Positions 8,977 through 18,864 of a stretch of DNA of 64,000 bases are shown piece after piece (position 1 is the stretch's first letter; the number at the start of each line of letters is the position of its first letter). The notes under the pieces are model-generated. The model was not told the origin of the DNA and made no database searches. It saw only the letters and a program-made list of their open reading frames with translations. The DNA is taken from positions 1-64,000 of the IMG/VR virus record IMGVR_UViG_2609460236_000001. One strand, given 5' to 3'. The DNA comes from a virus. Taxonomy: Duplodnaviria; Caudoviricetes. The position numbers and the translations under genes were made by a program.

Positions 8977-9981
8977 TCAAGCAGCGTTACGGCGTTCTTG
9001 GTACATGGTGAGCACTTCGTTCGAACTCGCGGCGGTGACGTTGTGCTTCGTCAGACAGCGCGACAGGATGTCGAGCATGTCGAACGACTCGGTCTGCATG
9101 GTGATGTCGACGTACTCTTCGCCGTTGTCGGCGATCGGCTTCGTCGTCAGCGCCCATGCGTCGACCGGGAAATCGATCTGCTCACCTGGCTTGAGCAGCA
9201 CTCGCACAGCCACATCGTGGAACTGGGCCGGCGTGGTAGCGACGACTGCGCGCAGCTCATCGAGCGTGAGCGTGACGTAGCGACCGTCTTCGTCGTTCTC
9301 GCCGTGGGCGTACGGTTGCATCGAGCCGGGGAAGACGACGCGCACGCCGTTGAGCACTTCGTCGTACGGCCGGTGGTCGTGGCCGCTAACGACCAGCTTC
9401 GTGAGCGGGCGCAGTTCGAATAGCGGGACCGCGTTGTGCGGGTTGTCCTCGAACGTGACGCGGTCCCAGTGTCCGACGACCATATCGAACTCCTTATAGC
9501 CGTCGTCGACCAGCTTGCGCGCCATGTCCTTCGAGTTGATGAACGGGTGCCAGGGCACGACGCCGAGACGGAAAATGCCGTGTTCGACGACCTGGACGTC
9601 GTCCTTCGCGATGACAATGTTCTCGATGCCGTCGAGCAGCTGGTACAGCAGGTCGAACGAGCTGCGCTTGTCGGCGTCACGCGAAGCATCATGGTTGCCA
9701 CGCGTGAGGATGAACCACGTGTTGGGGCGAGCGCGCGCTGCTTCGCGGTACGACGACGCGACGGCCAGGACGATCTCGGGAGGAACAACGAACGTGTCGA
9801 AGATGTCGCCGAGGCAGATGTTCACGTCGACGTCCGCGAACAACGACTCGACGAATTCGTGCATCTGCGTTCGCTCGCGCTCGCCGCGACGATCAAGAGG
9901 GACACCGGTCAGGAAAGCACGACCGAGATGGGGGTCGCCAAGAAAGCCGACCCGGAGGCCGGCGATAGTTTCGATTTTCAT
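8977..9981 (-). CDS. SbcD/Mre11/gp47-like metallophosphoesterase
   Basis: GDPHLG, GDIFD, GNHD, GH, SGHDH motifs; adjacent to the SMC ATPase. Confidence 0.92.
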   Translation of the reverse strand: MKIETIAGLRVGFLGDPHLGRAFLTGVPLDRRGERERTQMHEFVESLFADVDVNICLGDIFDTFVVPPEIVLAVASSYREAARARPNTWFILTRGNHDASRDADKRSSFDLLYQLLDGIENIVIAKDDVQVVEHGIFRLGVVPWHPFINSKDMARKLVDDGYKEFDMVVGHWDRVTFEDNPHNAVPLFELRPLTKLVVSGHDHRPYDEVLNGVRVVFPGSMQPYAHGENDEDGRYVTLTLDELRAVVATTPAQFHDVAVRVLLKPGEQIDFPVDAWALTTKPIADNGEEYVDITMQTESFDMLDILSRCLTKHNVTAASSNEVLTMYQERRNAA

Positions 9982-10049
9982 GATTCACAACCTAGTGAAG
10001 TGGTGGTGCAGCACGCCGTAGCGCGCTGCTCTCTCGGTTGCGCTACCGC

Positions 10050-10652
10050 TTATGCTTCGACGATGTCGCCAGCTGCTGCGAGGCTGGGGTGCTTCGTGGA
10101 GTGGTCGCGCACTGCGTACAGGACCTTGAGCTGATGGAGCACGTCGAACAACGCGCTGTGAGCATCACCTTCGAACGGGATGTTTCGTTCGAACTCGGGC
10201 GGTTGCTGCGGCCAGTAGCGCCCGCGAATCCACGAGTTCATGTCGTTCGTGTCGCGGTAGTGGAACGGATTGCCAATCTCGAATTCCTTGAAATAACTTT
10301 CGAGGAAGGGATATTCGAAGTGCGACGGCTTCGCCCACAAACGCAGCTTCTCGTTGTACGTGTCGACGTCACGCAGCAGGAAATCGCGGAACGCCTGCAT
10401 CACAACCTCCGGGCGCTCCATCCGCGCGTAGATGCCTTGCAGGATCTCGCGCTTGTCCTTGAGCCACCAGTTGCGGGTCTCTTCGTCGAAGAAGCGACCA
10501 TGCGGAATCATCAGGCAGCGGTTGAACATCTCGGGCATGATCTCGCCCGATGCGAAATCGAAGCGAACCGCCGCGATTTCGATGATTGCCGTGCGCTCAG
10601 GCTGAGTGCCAGTCGTTTCCAGGTCGACCATCACGTCGAGATACTTGGTCAT
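10050..10652 (-). CDS. DEDDh 3'-5' exonuclease
   Basis: VMVDLETTG...HSALFD; start placed after AAGGATCAAAAC. Confidence 0.85.
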   Translation of the reverse strand: MTKYLDVMVDLETTGTQPERTAIIEIAAVRFDFASGEIMPEMFNRCLMIPHGRFFDEETRNWWLKDKREILQGIYARMERPEVVMQAFRDFLLRDVDTYNEKLRLWAKPSHFEYPFLESYFKEFEIGNPFHYRDTNDMNSWIRGRYWPQQPPEFERNIPFEGDAHSALFDVLHQLKVLYAVRDHSTKHPSLAAAGDIVEA

Positions 10653-10665
10653 GTTTTGATCCTTG

Positions 10666-11073
10666 TTAGATGAGGTAGCCATCGATCTCGTGCCAGCGGA
10701 TCGATTTGGCTGTATGGGTGATGAATACAACTGCCGGGACGACGTACCAGCGTTTCGTCGTCTCGCGGCGAATGTAGAAGCGGTAATGTCCGCCAGCTGC
10801 GGTGACCATTCGGGCTGCTGCCCACTGGCTCTTCTTGATCATGCTGAAGGGAAACGAGGGCTCGCTTTGAGTGCTCTTGACCTCAGCGTAGAACGTGGTC
10901 CCTTCAAGAGTGATGATGTAGTCAGACGGTTGCGCATCTTTGAACGATGCGGCCCGCCCTGTCGAACCGCGAACGTAGGCGGTGTCGGTCAAGCGCTGCA
11001 CATGCGCGCGCTTGCCGAAGGGCGCGAAGAACGACTCGAACTCGCTCTCCGCGTCTTTCCATACAATGCTCAT
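10666..11073 (-). CDS. Holliday-junction resolvase-like PD-(D/E)xK nuclease
   Basis: PSDY...YAEVKST...Q motif; in the recombination block. Confidence 0.78.
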   Translation of the reverse strand: MSIVWKDAESEFESFFAPFGKRAHVQRLTDTAYVRGSTGRAASFKDAQPSDYIITLEGTTFYAEVKSTQSEPSFPFSMIKKSQWAAARMVTAAGGHYRFYIRRETTKRWYVVPAVVFITHTAKSIRWHEIDGYLI

Positions 11074-11150
11074 TTTTCTTTTACTGATGTGGTGGTGGTG
11101 TGCTAAGCATTATATGGAGATAACCACCGAAGAAGTTCGGCGACTATATG

Positions 11151-12440
11151 CTAGTTACCGTCCGGAAACCGCAGAAATACCGGGTTACGCAACGCGTTCT
11201 TCTTCGTTACTTCCATGTACTCGACTTCAGCCATCCGGCCCACAACCATCTCCGGATGTTTGAAGAAGAGATCACGCTGATCGTCCGAGAACCCACCGCC
11301 GCAATCGGTCTTGATCTCGGTGCCATCCTCGATCGTTCCTTCGAGATGGAAACCCCCGAGGCGACCCTCGTTCCTCCCCTTCTTCTTTCCCTCATAGACG
11401 CCGACGATTCGCAGCGTGGCCGTATGCAGCGGCTTCGCCTTTAGCCAGGACGTCGAACGGTCCCACTCGTACAGCCCACCCGGTTGTTTGATGATCAAGC
11501 CCTCGTAACCGAGTCCGAGTGCCAGGTCGAACATGGCGTTGACCTCGGCTCGATCTTTGACCATCTCCTTGTATGAAGGGAGGATCTTGTTGAGGGAGAG
11601 GTCGATCATCGCCTCGTCGATCATCACGCTACGAAGTTCCTGGCTCCGTGAGCATTGACGTTTCACCCACTCCGACATAGGCAACCAGTCATAGGCGTAG
11701 TAGCGCAGCTTCGAGCGGTCAGCACCCTCCTTCTTGCAGTTCATCGTGGCCGTCCATGAAGGATGCTTTTTCGTCGGGTCGACCACGTGGACCATTGCCT
11801 CGCCGTCGAGCACCATTGCCTCGTCGCCGCAAAGGCGCTGGCGAATCAACTGCATCTCGTCGTCGAACAGGCCCTCGATCCACGGTTGCCGCAGACCTTC
11901 GCGCGAGTAATGCTCGCACGACTGGCCGGGGATAACGAACACCGTATCGCGCTGGCCATCCATCTTGAACTCGGCCTGCGCAGGGTACGTGATGTCGGTG
12001 ACGCCAGGTTCCCACTTCTCAGCCAGCATCACATCGAAGATCGGGATCAGGTCCGGGAAGACCTTGTTGATCTCGGTAACGCCGATCCCAATGCGCAGCT
12101 CTTTGCGCAGCACGCAGGCCAGGTTCTCCGCAGTCTCGACGGTATACTGGCCTAGCACCTCCTTGATGCGGCCAGCAGCAGCCTTGCCGGTTGCTTCGCG
12201 GCCCGCCAGATCTTGTAGCAGTAGCGTGAAAAGCTGTCCGCCGTCGTGGTCAGCTGCAGAGTTAGTGTGGGGCATGTCGAAATTCTTCACGCCGTACGTG
12301 ACGAATGGCGACAGCGCGGCAACCAGCATCTTCTTTGCGAACTCGTCGTCATGTGCGCCGAGCTTCGTCAGGGCTTCCGTCTTCTCGATGCGAGATGAGG
12401 TCCCACGGCACTCGGCCATGAGGCGGTTAAAGCGGTACAT
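11151..12440 (-). CDS. ATP-dependent DNA ligase
   Basis: KMDG motif I, LDGE, EGLIIK, WLKAK, OB-fold GGGFSD...LRNPVF; likely start MYRFN at 12440. Confidence 0.93.
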   Translation of the reverse strand: MYRFNRLMAECRGTSSRIEKTEALTKLGAHDDEFAKKMLVAALSPFVTYGVKNFDMPHTNSAADHDGGQLFTLLLQDLAGREATGKAAAGRIKEVLGQYTVETAENLACVLRKELRIGIGVTEINKVFPDLIPIFDVMLAEKWEPGVTDITYPAQAEFKMDGQRDTVFVIPGQSCEHYSREGLRQPWIEGLFDDEMQLIRQRLCGDEAMVLDGEAMVHVVDPTKKHPSWTATMNCKKEGADRSKLRYYAYDWLPMSEWVKRQCSRSQELRSVMIDEAMIDLSLNKILPSYKEMVKDRAEVNAMFDLALGLGYEGLIIKQPGGLYEWDRSTSWLKAKPLHTATLRIVGVYEGKKKGRNEGRLGGFHLEGTIEDGTEIKTDCGGGFSDDQRDLFFKHPEMVVGRMAEVEYMEVTKKNALRNPVFLRFPDGN

Positions 12441-12601
12441 GATTGGTCCTTCGTGGTGGTGGTGTTCTTCAGGGTTGCCAGTTCGTGGTCTTTTTCTTGG
12501 ATCAGCTGCAAGAGGTCCAGCACGACCCGCGGAATACACATCTTCCGCAGGTCGTTGCGCTGCTCACGCGTCAGATCATGGAGCGTGAGCTTCGTCTTCA
12601 T
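12368..12601 (-). CDS. Hypothetical protein
   Basis: 77 aa, ATGA coupling with the upstream ORF; overlaps the ligase start. Confidence 0.5.
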   Translation of the reverse strand: MKTKLTLHDLTREQRNDLRKMCIPRVVLDLLQLIQEKDHELATLKNTTTTKDQSCTALTASWPSAVGPHLASRRRKP

Positions 12602-12816
12602 GTCGCCAGATCCCTCTCAACGGCAGCGGTTGCTTCGGTGACGATCTCGGCGACTTTCTCCTTGTCACCGTTGATGGTCATAACGCGGACGATCTCACGC
12701 AGGCCCCATTCCAGCGCCTCGGTGCCAGGACGGTCCTGCGAGCCGGCGCGCGACTCGTAGCCGCTCATGGTTTCGAACGCGACAGTCGCGGTCGACTTAA
12801 TCACTTTGTTGCTCAT
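12598..12816 (-). CDS. Hypothetical protein
   Basis: ATGA overlap with the polymerase stop. Confidence 0.6.
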   Translation of the reverse strand: MSNKVIKSTATVAFETMSGYESRAGSQDRPGTEALEWGLREIVRVMTINGDKEKVAEIVTEATAAVERDLAT

Positions 12817-15497
12817 GCTGCACACTCCAGTGCTTCGTTAGCTGACACGGGCATGCCGTCGAGGATGTAGTTGAGGATGGCCAGACGCTCTTCACGCGTG
12901 GCTCGCTGTTCCCAGCGGTCTTCGCCGACACACGGCAGGCCGTTCTGCATCTCCATGAGTTCGATCTGGCCGTCCGGGGCCTTCTTGAGATCCCACGGCT
13001 GCATCGTGCGGCCGATCGCGAGCGACGAGTCGAGCTTCAGGTTCTTGATCAGGCCGGCGTCTTCGATCATCACTTCGTACAGCGTTTCGCAGAAGTCGAG
13101 CACCTGCGAGCGCGGGACGGAGTAGATCAATTCATCGTGGACCAGCAGGTAGAAGCGGGCGCGGTATCCCATCTCCTTGATCTTGGCCTTCATGCGCTTC
13201 ATCGCACGCTTCGCGAGCGCCGCGCACAAGCCCTGAACCTTCGCGTTAACTGCCTGGTTGCCGGCGCGTCGGTTGATCTTCTTGATCACCAGCTCGCCGA
13301 ACGCCGCGATGGCCGGGTCGCCGAAAGACGCGAACTTCTGCCTCGTGACGTTCACCCACTCGTACGTCGACTCATAGCGATCGCGCCGATGGTGGTCGGG
13401 CAGTTGCACGTAGCCGTTGTCACGGGCTTCCTGGATCGTGTCGACACGCCACTGCTCCGCGTCCGGGAACGTGCCCCGGTAGCGATCGACCATCTCCCAC
13501 ATGAAGTCGCTCGACCAGCCAAGCTTCTCGCCCACGGTGCCCAGTGCGCCCGAGTACCAGTAGTTGAAGTTCGCCACCTTGCCGACGTCGCGACGCAGCA
13601 TCTTCCGATCCGGGTGGACGGCGTACTCTTCGTCGGTTAGGTTCATCAGACCGGTCACGGCCTTCTTGTGCAGATCCGCGTGAGGTCGCTGGCCGTAGGC
13701 CTCGCGGAAGCCTGAGTCGTTCGAGTAATCGCCCACGATCACCAGCTCGACGGCGGACCAGTCGGCCGACACCAGCACGTGCTCCTCGCCTTCGGCGTCG
13801 TCGTCGTCGGCTTCGAAGAAGCCACGCACGTACACCGACTCGCCGTACTTGCTGAGCTGCTGCCCGTTCGGGTCCTGGCACGAACTGCGGCGCGTCGCGA
13901 GCAGCGAGCGCAGCTGCGGGTACACACGGCCCGTGTCAGGGTCTACGAGGCGTAGGTAAGGCGTCAGGTAGAGCTTCATCCGCTGCGAGATCGAGGCCAG
14001 CTCGTCGTAGCACTGGAAGATCATCATGCCGGCTTCGAAGTGGTCGATCTGCATACGCTTGCTCAGGGTCACGCCCAGCTTCAGCGCCGGCGCCACTTCG
14101 CCGTTATCGTCGATCTCCAGACCGGCGTCGCGGTGACGTTTGATCCAGCGGCGCATCAGCTCTTCGCGGCAGTCGCCGTCGCTTTGCGTCTTGCCGTTGG
14201 ACTGCATGTAAGAGCCGCGCATCAGGTCGTAGATGATCGTCCGCATCGGCATGTAGTGGACGAGGTTGACGCCCGTCGATTCGCGAACCTTGCGCTCCAG
14301 CGCCCACGCGTTCGAAACCGGCCCGCGTGTCTGCATACACTGAATGAAGTCGTCGTCGCTGTCCGGCGAGTTCGCCCACTTCTCGATCTGAGCGCGATAT
14401 GTCTGCCATTTCGCGTACCACTTGTCGTACTTCAGCAGCTTGTCGTGCGGCTCGTCCGGGAACGGCAGCATCGCACGCACCGCAACCTTCATCTTGCGCA
14501 GGCACGCGGCCTCGTTGGCACGCTCTTCGTCCCGCCGACGCAGCACAGCCGGCCCGTTCAGCTTGATGCCGTGGCCCCACGTCTCGGCCGCGATGCGAAC
14601 GAACGGCATCTCCTGTTCCATGAACATGCTGAAGACCGCTGGGTTGGTTTCCATCATGTGCTGAAGCACACGGTGGAACAGCTGCACACACCAGTAGGCA
14701 TCGTCCACGCCGTACTCGTAGACTTCCTCGCCGGTCAACATGCCCATGTGAACTTCTTCGCCCAGCGTCTCTTCGAACGTCGCCATCGCGTACCCGAACC
14801 AGCTCTTCACGGCACGCTTCAGATCGTAGCCAATCCGCATCGAGTCGACGTAACCATTCCAGCTATGCGCGGCCTTCGACTCCTTCCCGATGACCTTCTG
14901 CAACAGTTCTTCTTGCTCGGAGTTCAGATCTTGACCCGGTTGGTAGCCGGAAAACACACGAGCAACCACGGGCAGGATCTTCTCGATGCCGCCGAGACCA
15001 GGCTCCATGAACTTGTCGCGGAAGTACGTGTCGGGCGAATACGCCGAAACGCAAAGCTGCAACGAGCAGATGACGCGATCTTCCGGAATGTCGAAGCCGA
15101 GCGACTTCATCATCATGACCCACTCAAACTGAGCGTTGTGGATGATGAAGAAAGAGTCCGGTTGGCGTGCGTCGAGAATCTGGCGCGCGACCTCCCAGGG
15201 CACACGGTTCTCGGCGTCGGCGTGCGCGAGGTTGACGTAGTAGCCGAGATGGTTACCATCCGGGTAGACCGAAAAGCCACACACGGTCGTGCGGTTCGTG
15301 TCGAAGATGAGCTTCTTGTTCGTCCCCCTTCCCTCGTCGTCGACCTTCATGATCTCGGCGAGGCCTGCATGCCTGCGCGAGTCCTCGGTCTCGATGTCGA
15401 AACCGATAAATCCGGCCGACGCTACTTCCGCGATGATCTGCGGAAAGAGAGCGTCGATGTTGCGCGCATCGACAAGGACTTTGCGATCCTTGTCCAT
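12813..15497 (-). CDS. polA: Family A DNA polymerase with 3'-5' exonuclease domain
   Basis: FDIET, HNAQFE, YGVDDA exonuclease motifs; motif A DWSAVE, motif B RDVGKVANFNYWY, motif C VHDE. Confidence 0.93.
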   Translation of the reverse strand: MDKDRKVLVDARNIDALFPQIIAEVASAGFIGFDIETEDSRRHAGLAEIMKVDDEGRGTNKKLIFDTNRTTVCGFSVYPDGNHLGYYVNLAHADAENRVPWEVARQILDARQPDSFFIIHNAQFEWVMMMKSLGFDIPEDRVICSLQLCVSAYSPDTYFRDKFMEPGLGGIEKILPVVARVFSGYQPGQDLNSEQEELLQKVIGKESKAAHSWNGYVDSMRIGYDLKRAVKSWFGYAMATFEETLGEEVHMGMLTGEEVYEYGVDDAYWCVQLFHRVLQHMMETNPAVFSMFMEQEMPFVRIAAETWGHGIKLNGPAVLRRRDEERANEAACLRKMKVAVRAMLPFPDEPHDKLLKYDKWYAKWQTYRAQIEKWANSPDSDDDFIQCMQTRGPVSNAWALERKVRESTGVNLVHYMPMRTIIYDLMRGSYMQSNGKTQSDGDCREELMRRWIKRHRDAGLEIDDNGEVAPALKLGVTLSKRMQIDHFEAGMMIFQCYDELASISQRMKLYLTPYLRLVDPDTGRVYPQLRSLLATRRSSCQDPNGQQLSKYGESVYVRGFFEADDDDAEGEEHVLVSADWSAVELVIVGDYSNDSGFREAYGQRPHADLHKKAVTGLMNLTDEEYAVHPDRKMLRRDVGKVANFNYWYSGALGTVGEKLGWSSDFMWEMVDRYRGTFPDAEQWRVDTIQEARDNGYVQLPDHHRRDRYESTYEWVNVTRQKFASFGDPAIAAFGELVIKKINRRAGNQAVNAKVQGLCAALAKRAMKRMKAKIKEMGYRARFYLLVHDELIYSVPRSQVLDFCETLYEVMIEDAGLIKNLKLDSSLAIGRTMQPWDLKKAPDGQIELMEMQNGLPCVGEDRWEQRATREERLAILNYILDGMPVSANEALECAA

Positions 15498-15500
15498 CGC

Positions 15501-15689
15501 TTACCCCGCCACTTTGTCGGCGGCTTCAGCGCCGACCAGCGCAAGCGCCATCATCGCGTGAGTCGGTTCCGCATCGAGCATCGCCCGGAACTGGGCAGCG
15601 ATACCGTCGATCTTCGTGCGATCGTCTTCGGGGAGCTTCGAAATTTCGTCCTGAATGACGAGCAGCTGAATACGTTCAGCAGAGGCCAT
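15501..15689 (-). CDS. Small hypothetical protein
   Basis: 62 aa, AAGGATCAAAAC-ATG start. Confidence 0.7.
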   Translation of the reverse strand: MASAERIQLLVIQDEISKLPEDDRTKIDGIAAQFRAMLDAEPTHAMMALALVGAEAADKVAG

Positions 15690-15711
15690 GTTTTGATCCT
15701 TGTGGTGGTGG

Positions 15712-16488
15712 TCACATCATGAAATCTGAAAGGATGTGGTTGATCGCTTTGTCGTCGTGCTGGCCGACAACCAGATGCTTTGCGATCAGGTCCGGGTCAA
15801 CTTCGTAGAAGCCCGTGATCTCCCACATGCCTTTCAGTGCTGCTTCGTTTTCCTTCACCCACGCCAGCGGCTTCTTGCCGAGGTTGAAGGAGCCGGCTTC
15901 ACTATCCCAGCAGGGCACGTAGCCCTCGGTGAAGAACTGCATCCAGCGTTCGCGGTCGCAGTGCTCCCACGCCACGTCGCCGAAACCGGGGATGCCGGTG
16001 ATCTTGTCGGACTTGTCACCGACGAGCGTCTTGTACAGGCGCACTTCGGTGAAGTCGGTGTTGTCGTACTCGACCTTGTCGCGCCCTTCGAGCTTCGTGT
16101 GCTTGCCGTCGCACAGCGCGAGGTAGTCGCCGTCAGTCGAGTGGATGGTGATCGAGTCGGTCTGGTCCTTGTAGAGACGATGTAGTGTGGCGATAACGTC
16201 GTCTGCTTCCCATGCGGGGATCTCAAGCGACATGCAGCGCGTGAAGCGCAGCACCTGCTTGAACAGGTCCATCGTCTTGTAGAACTCGTCTACGGCGCTT
16301 TGCCGGCCAACCTTGTATCCGGGGTAGAGCGCGCGGCGTCGGTCCTTCGCGCCGTGTCCATCCCAAATCCAAATGATGGTGTCGAACATCGGCAGCATCT
16401 TCATGTCGACCAGCACGTTGCGAATCGACCCGCTGGTTTCAAAGATGGTGCGGAAACGGTTGTTTCCGTCGATGAAATGCAAACCCAT
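15712..16488 (-). CDS. 5'-3' exonuclease / flap endonuclease (T5 D15, PolI N-terminal-like)
   Basis: IDGNN, WDG, RR..YP.YK..R, EADD, STDGD, GDKSDKITGIPGFG. Confidence 0.92.
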   Translation of the reverse strand: MGLHFIDGNNRFRTIFETSGSIRNVLVDMKMLPMFDTIIWIWDGHGAKDRRRALYPGYKVGRQSAVDEFYKTMDLFKQVLRFTRCMSLEIPAWEADDVIATLHRLYKDQTDSITIHSTDGDYLALCDGKHTKLEGRDKVEYDNTDFTEVRLYKTLVGDKSDKITGIPGFGDVAWEHCDRERWMQFFTEGYVPCWDSEAGSFNLGKKPLAWVKENEAALKGMWEITGFYEVDPDLIAKHLVVGQHDDKAINHILSDFMM

Positions 16489-16507
16489 GATGACCTCGCA
16501 GGACATG

Positions 16508-16540
16508 AAAAAAGCCGCGAGCTTTTGACTCGCGGCTTTC
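16508..16540 (-). terminator. Rho-independent terminator after the putative SSB
   Basis: AAAGCCGCGAG stem plus U-run on the minus strand. Confidence 0.75.
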
Positions 16541-16555
16541 CGTACAGCTTGTGGC

Positions 16556-17269
16556 TTACGCCGGCTCGGCTTCCGCTTCGATGCCCTGGTATTCCCAGGT
16601 CATGATGCCCCACGCGTTGTTGTTCTTGTTGGTCATCCGGAGGAAGCCAACCTTCACGTCCACGCGCTGGCCACCAGCGTTCGCTTCCATGACCTTCTGG
16701 TAGAAGTCCTGCCACGCGCGCCAGTTGGTCGTCGACGTCGCGTAGCCGACGCGCTGACCAGCCTTGGCCAGAACTTCACCGTCTGCGGAGACGATGTCGG
16801 ACGTCAGGATCATCGGCACGTCGGCGCTGCGGTATGCACGGGCCTTCGCGTCCAGAGCGATGGCCTTGGCCTGTGCTTCGGACCAGGGGATGCCCTTGTC
16901 GCTCGTGACGCCGTCGTACGTCGACCAGTATTGCGCCGGGTTGCCGGCCTTGATCGACATCTTGACCATGAAGCCAGTGCCTTCCGTCATATCGATAACC
17001 GCCTCGAACGACTGCACGAGCTTTGCGCTTGCGCCGACCTGGAGACCGAATTCCTTCGGCTTGATCCAGAGGTCGACCGCCATGCCCGCCGACATCAGTT
17101 GCTCCATCGAGAGCTTCTGGCCGGGAACTGCGACAGCACCGCCGGCCGTACCGACTGCGGCGACCGCCGTGCCGGTCGTCGGCGCTGCTGCTGCACCTGC
17201 TGCTGCATTCGCGATGGCGCCTGCCGCTGCATCCTTCGCGCGCTGCATTGCTGCTTGGATCGGGTCCAT
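16556..17269 (-). CDS. Putative single-stranded DNA-binding protein
   Basis: Between helicase and exonuclease, strongly biased codons, beta-rich core, acidic C-terminal tail; function inferred from context. Confidence 0.55.
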   Translation of the reverse strand: MDPIQAAMQRAKDAAAGAIANAAAGAAAAPTTGTAVAAVGTAGGAVAVPGQKLSMEQLMSAGMAVDLWIKPKEFGLQVGASAKLVQSFEAVIDMTEGTGFMVKMSIKAGNPAQYWSTYDGVTSDKGIPWSEAQAKAIALDAKARAYRSADVPMILTSDIVSADGEVLAKAGQRVGYATSTTNWRAWQDFYQKVMEANAGGQRVDVKVGFLRMTNKNNNAWGIMTWEYQGIEAEAEPA

Positions 17270-17418
17270 AAAATTCCTTCAAATGTTAGCTGTTTATGCG
17301 TCTGTTTCTGCTTCTGCTTCTGCTCTCTCGCCGTGGTGGTGGACACGTCGAGGAATAAGATCGTACCTTCGTGATACTAACTACACAATGCTGCTCTATA
17401 CGATAGATCGCGCCCTCC

Positions 17419-18864
17419 TTACGCGAATTCGGCCATCGAGATCTTCTGATCAGTAGCCTCGGTTGAATCGAACATTTCCTCTTCCTTCTGCCGGCGCTGT
17501 TCCGACAACCTGAAGACTTCCTTCGTCGGGTCGACGAGGTTTGCATCACGCGACTTGTTCTCGATGATCTGCATGATCCGCTGGTCGATGGAGTCGCGAT
17601 ACTCCAGCACGTAGATCCGCAGCGGTCTCGCGCGCTTGCCACGGATGCCCCGGCGATACGCCTGCACGAATGAGTCGTCCATGTAGTTCAGTGAAGTGAA
17701 GACCATCGTTTCAAGGTGGTGCCAGTTGAAGCCGACACCGGCCGTATCCGGCGATGCAACCACGCAGTCGAGATCACCGCGGCGAAACGCCTCGTCGATG
17801 CGTGCCCGCTGCGTCGATGACACGTGGCCGTTGATCAACGCAGTGCGCAGGCCCATCGACTTCGCAATGGCGACGATGCGCTCTTGCTCGGGCACGAGCG
17901 CGGCGAACACCGCGATCGGTTCCCCGGACACAACCGCGTCCGCAAAGTGGATCTTCAAGCGCTCGTCCTTGCCGGTCGTCTCACCCTTGGCCAGCCCGAA
18001 GGTCTCGGGGTGCGCCATGATCTGCCGGCAACGCATCGCATTGACGGCGGGCGACTGGCCTTCAAGGAACTCGTCTTCCAGCTCAACGAGCGCCATTTCC
18101 TCCATCTCCTCGTACGCCTTGCGCTGCTTCGGCGACATGTCGCACAGCTCGGTGACGATGACCTTCGCTTCGGGGCCGTGAACCTCTTCGAAGGTGTGGC
18201 GCACGGCCACGTGCTGAAGGATCTGGCCAAGTCTCTGATGGTTGTGCCATCCGATCGTCGTGCCATACTCGTCCTGAAGTCGGTGTTGGGCCAGGAATGC
18301 ACCGTACGTGCCGTAGAAGCGCGGCTCGATCACCTGTAGCGCGGGGTACGCACTCGCGAGCGTGCCCTTGATGATCGTGCCCGTCATGGCCATGAAGCGC
18401 TCGATGCTCCGCATCGCGATGTACATGTTTTGCGTCCGTCCCGAGTCGTGGCCCGAGTAGCCAAGGTGCCACTCGTCGAAGATCGCGGCGTTCAACTGGG
18501 GGTGCCATTGCTTCATCCGTTGCCAGTCGTCGGAGAAGCGCTGGAACCCCATGATGAATACTTTCGCATCTTCGTTGCGCATCTGACGCTCGCGCCGTTT
18601 CGCCTCACCGTCGATGATCTGGATCTCACGAGGATGAAAGTTCGTGAATTCAAGCAGCTCGTCCTTGTTCTTCCGCAGTAGCGACATCGGCATGACGAAG
18701 TACGACTTGAATCCCAGCTCGTCCCACAGGTACTGCGTGTACATGCAGGCCGAGCCAGTCTTCTGCGTCGCCGGGTCCGACAGGTTCATACAGCGAGGCG
18801 TCATGATGTAGAAAGCGAGATCCGCGATCTGGTGCTCGCGCGGCACTTTCTTCTCGATCGTCAT
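17419..18864 (-). CDS. SNF2-like superfamily 2 helicase
   Basis: PREHQ, degenerate Walker A DPATQKT, DEWH, MTGT, AGVGFN, QAYRRGIRG. Confidence 0.88.
   Translation of the reverse strand: MTIEKKVPREHQIADLAFYIMTPRCMNLSDPATQKTGSACMYTQYLWDELGFKSYFVMPMSLLRKNKDELLEFTNFHPREIQIIDGEAKRRERQMRNEDAKVFIMGFQRFSDDWQRMKQWHPQLNAAIFDEWHLGYSGHDSGRTQNMYIAMRSIERFMAMTGTIIKGTLASAYPALQVIEPRFYGTYGAFLAQHRLQDEYGTTIGWHNHQRLGQILQHVAVRHTFEEVHGPEAKVIVTELCDMSPKQRKAYEEMEEMALVELEDEFLEGQSPAVNAMRCRQIMAHPETFGLAKGETTGKDERLKIHFADAVVSGEPIAVFAALVPEQERIVAIAKSMGLRTALINGHVSSTQRARIDEAFRRGDLDCVVASPDTAGVGFNWHHLETMVFTSLNYMDDSFVQAYRRGIRGKRARPLRIYVLEYRDSIDQRIMQIIENKSRDANLVDPTKEVFRLSEQRRQKEEEMFDSTEATDQKISMAEFA

Noticed and set aside
6954-9981. 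SMC ATPase plus nuclease as a Wadjet or Lamassu defence system
   Set aside because: Zinc hook, Mre11 partner and location fit an ordinary gp46/gp47-type recombination nuclease.
4794-15497. Z-base or other hypermodified-DNA system
   Set aside because: No PurZ, DatZ, queuosine-pathway or glycosyltransferase gene recognisable in the window.
14040-15722. 560-aa + strand ORF and similar long opposite-strand ORFs (5315-6229, 46089-46982, 59577-60476)
   Set aside because: Antisense shadows of well-supported GC-biased genes; no motifs or RBS.
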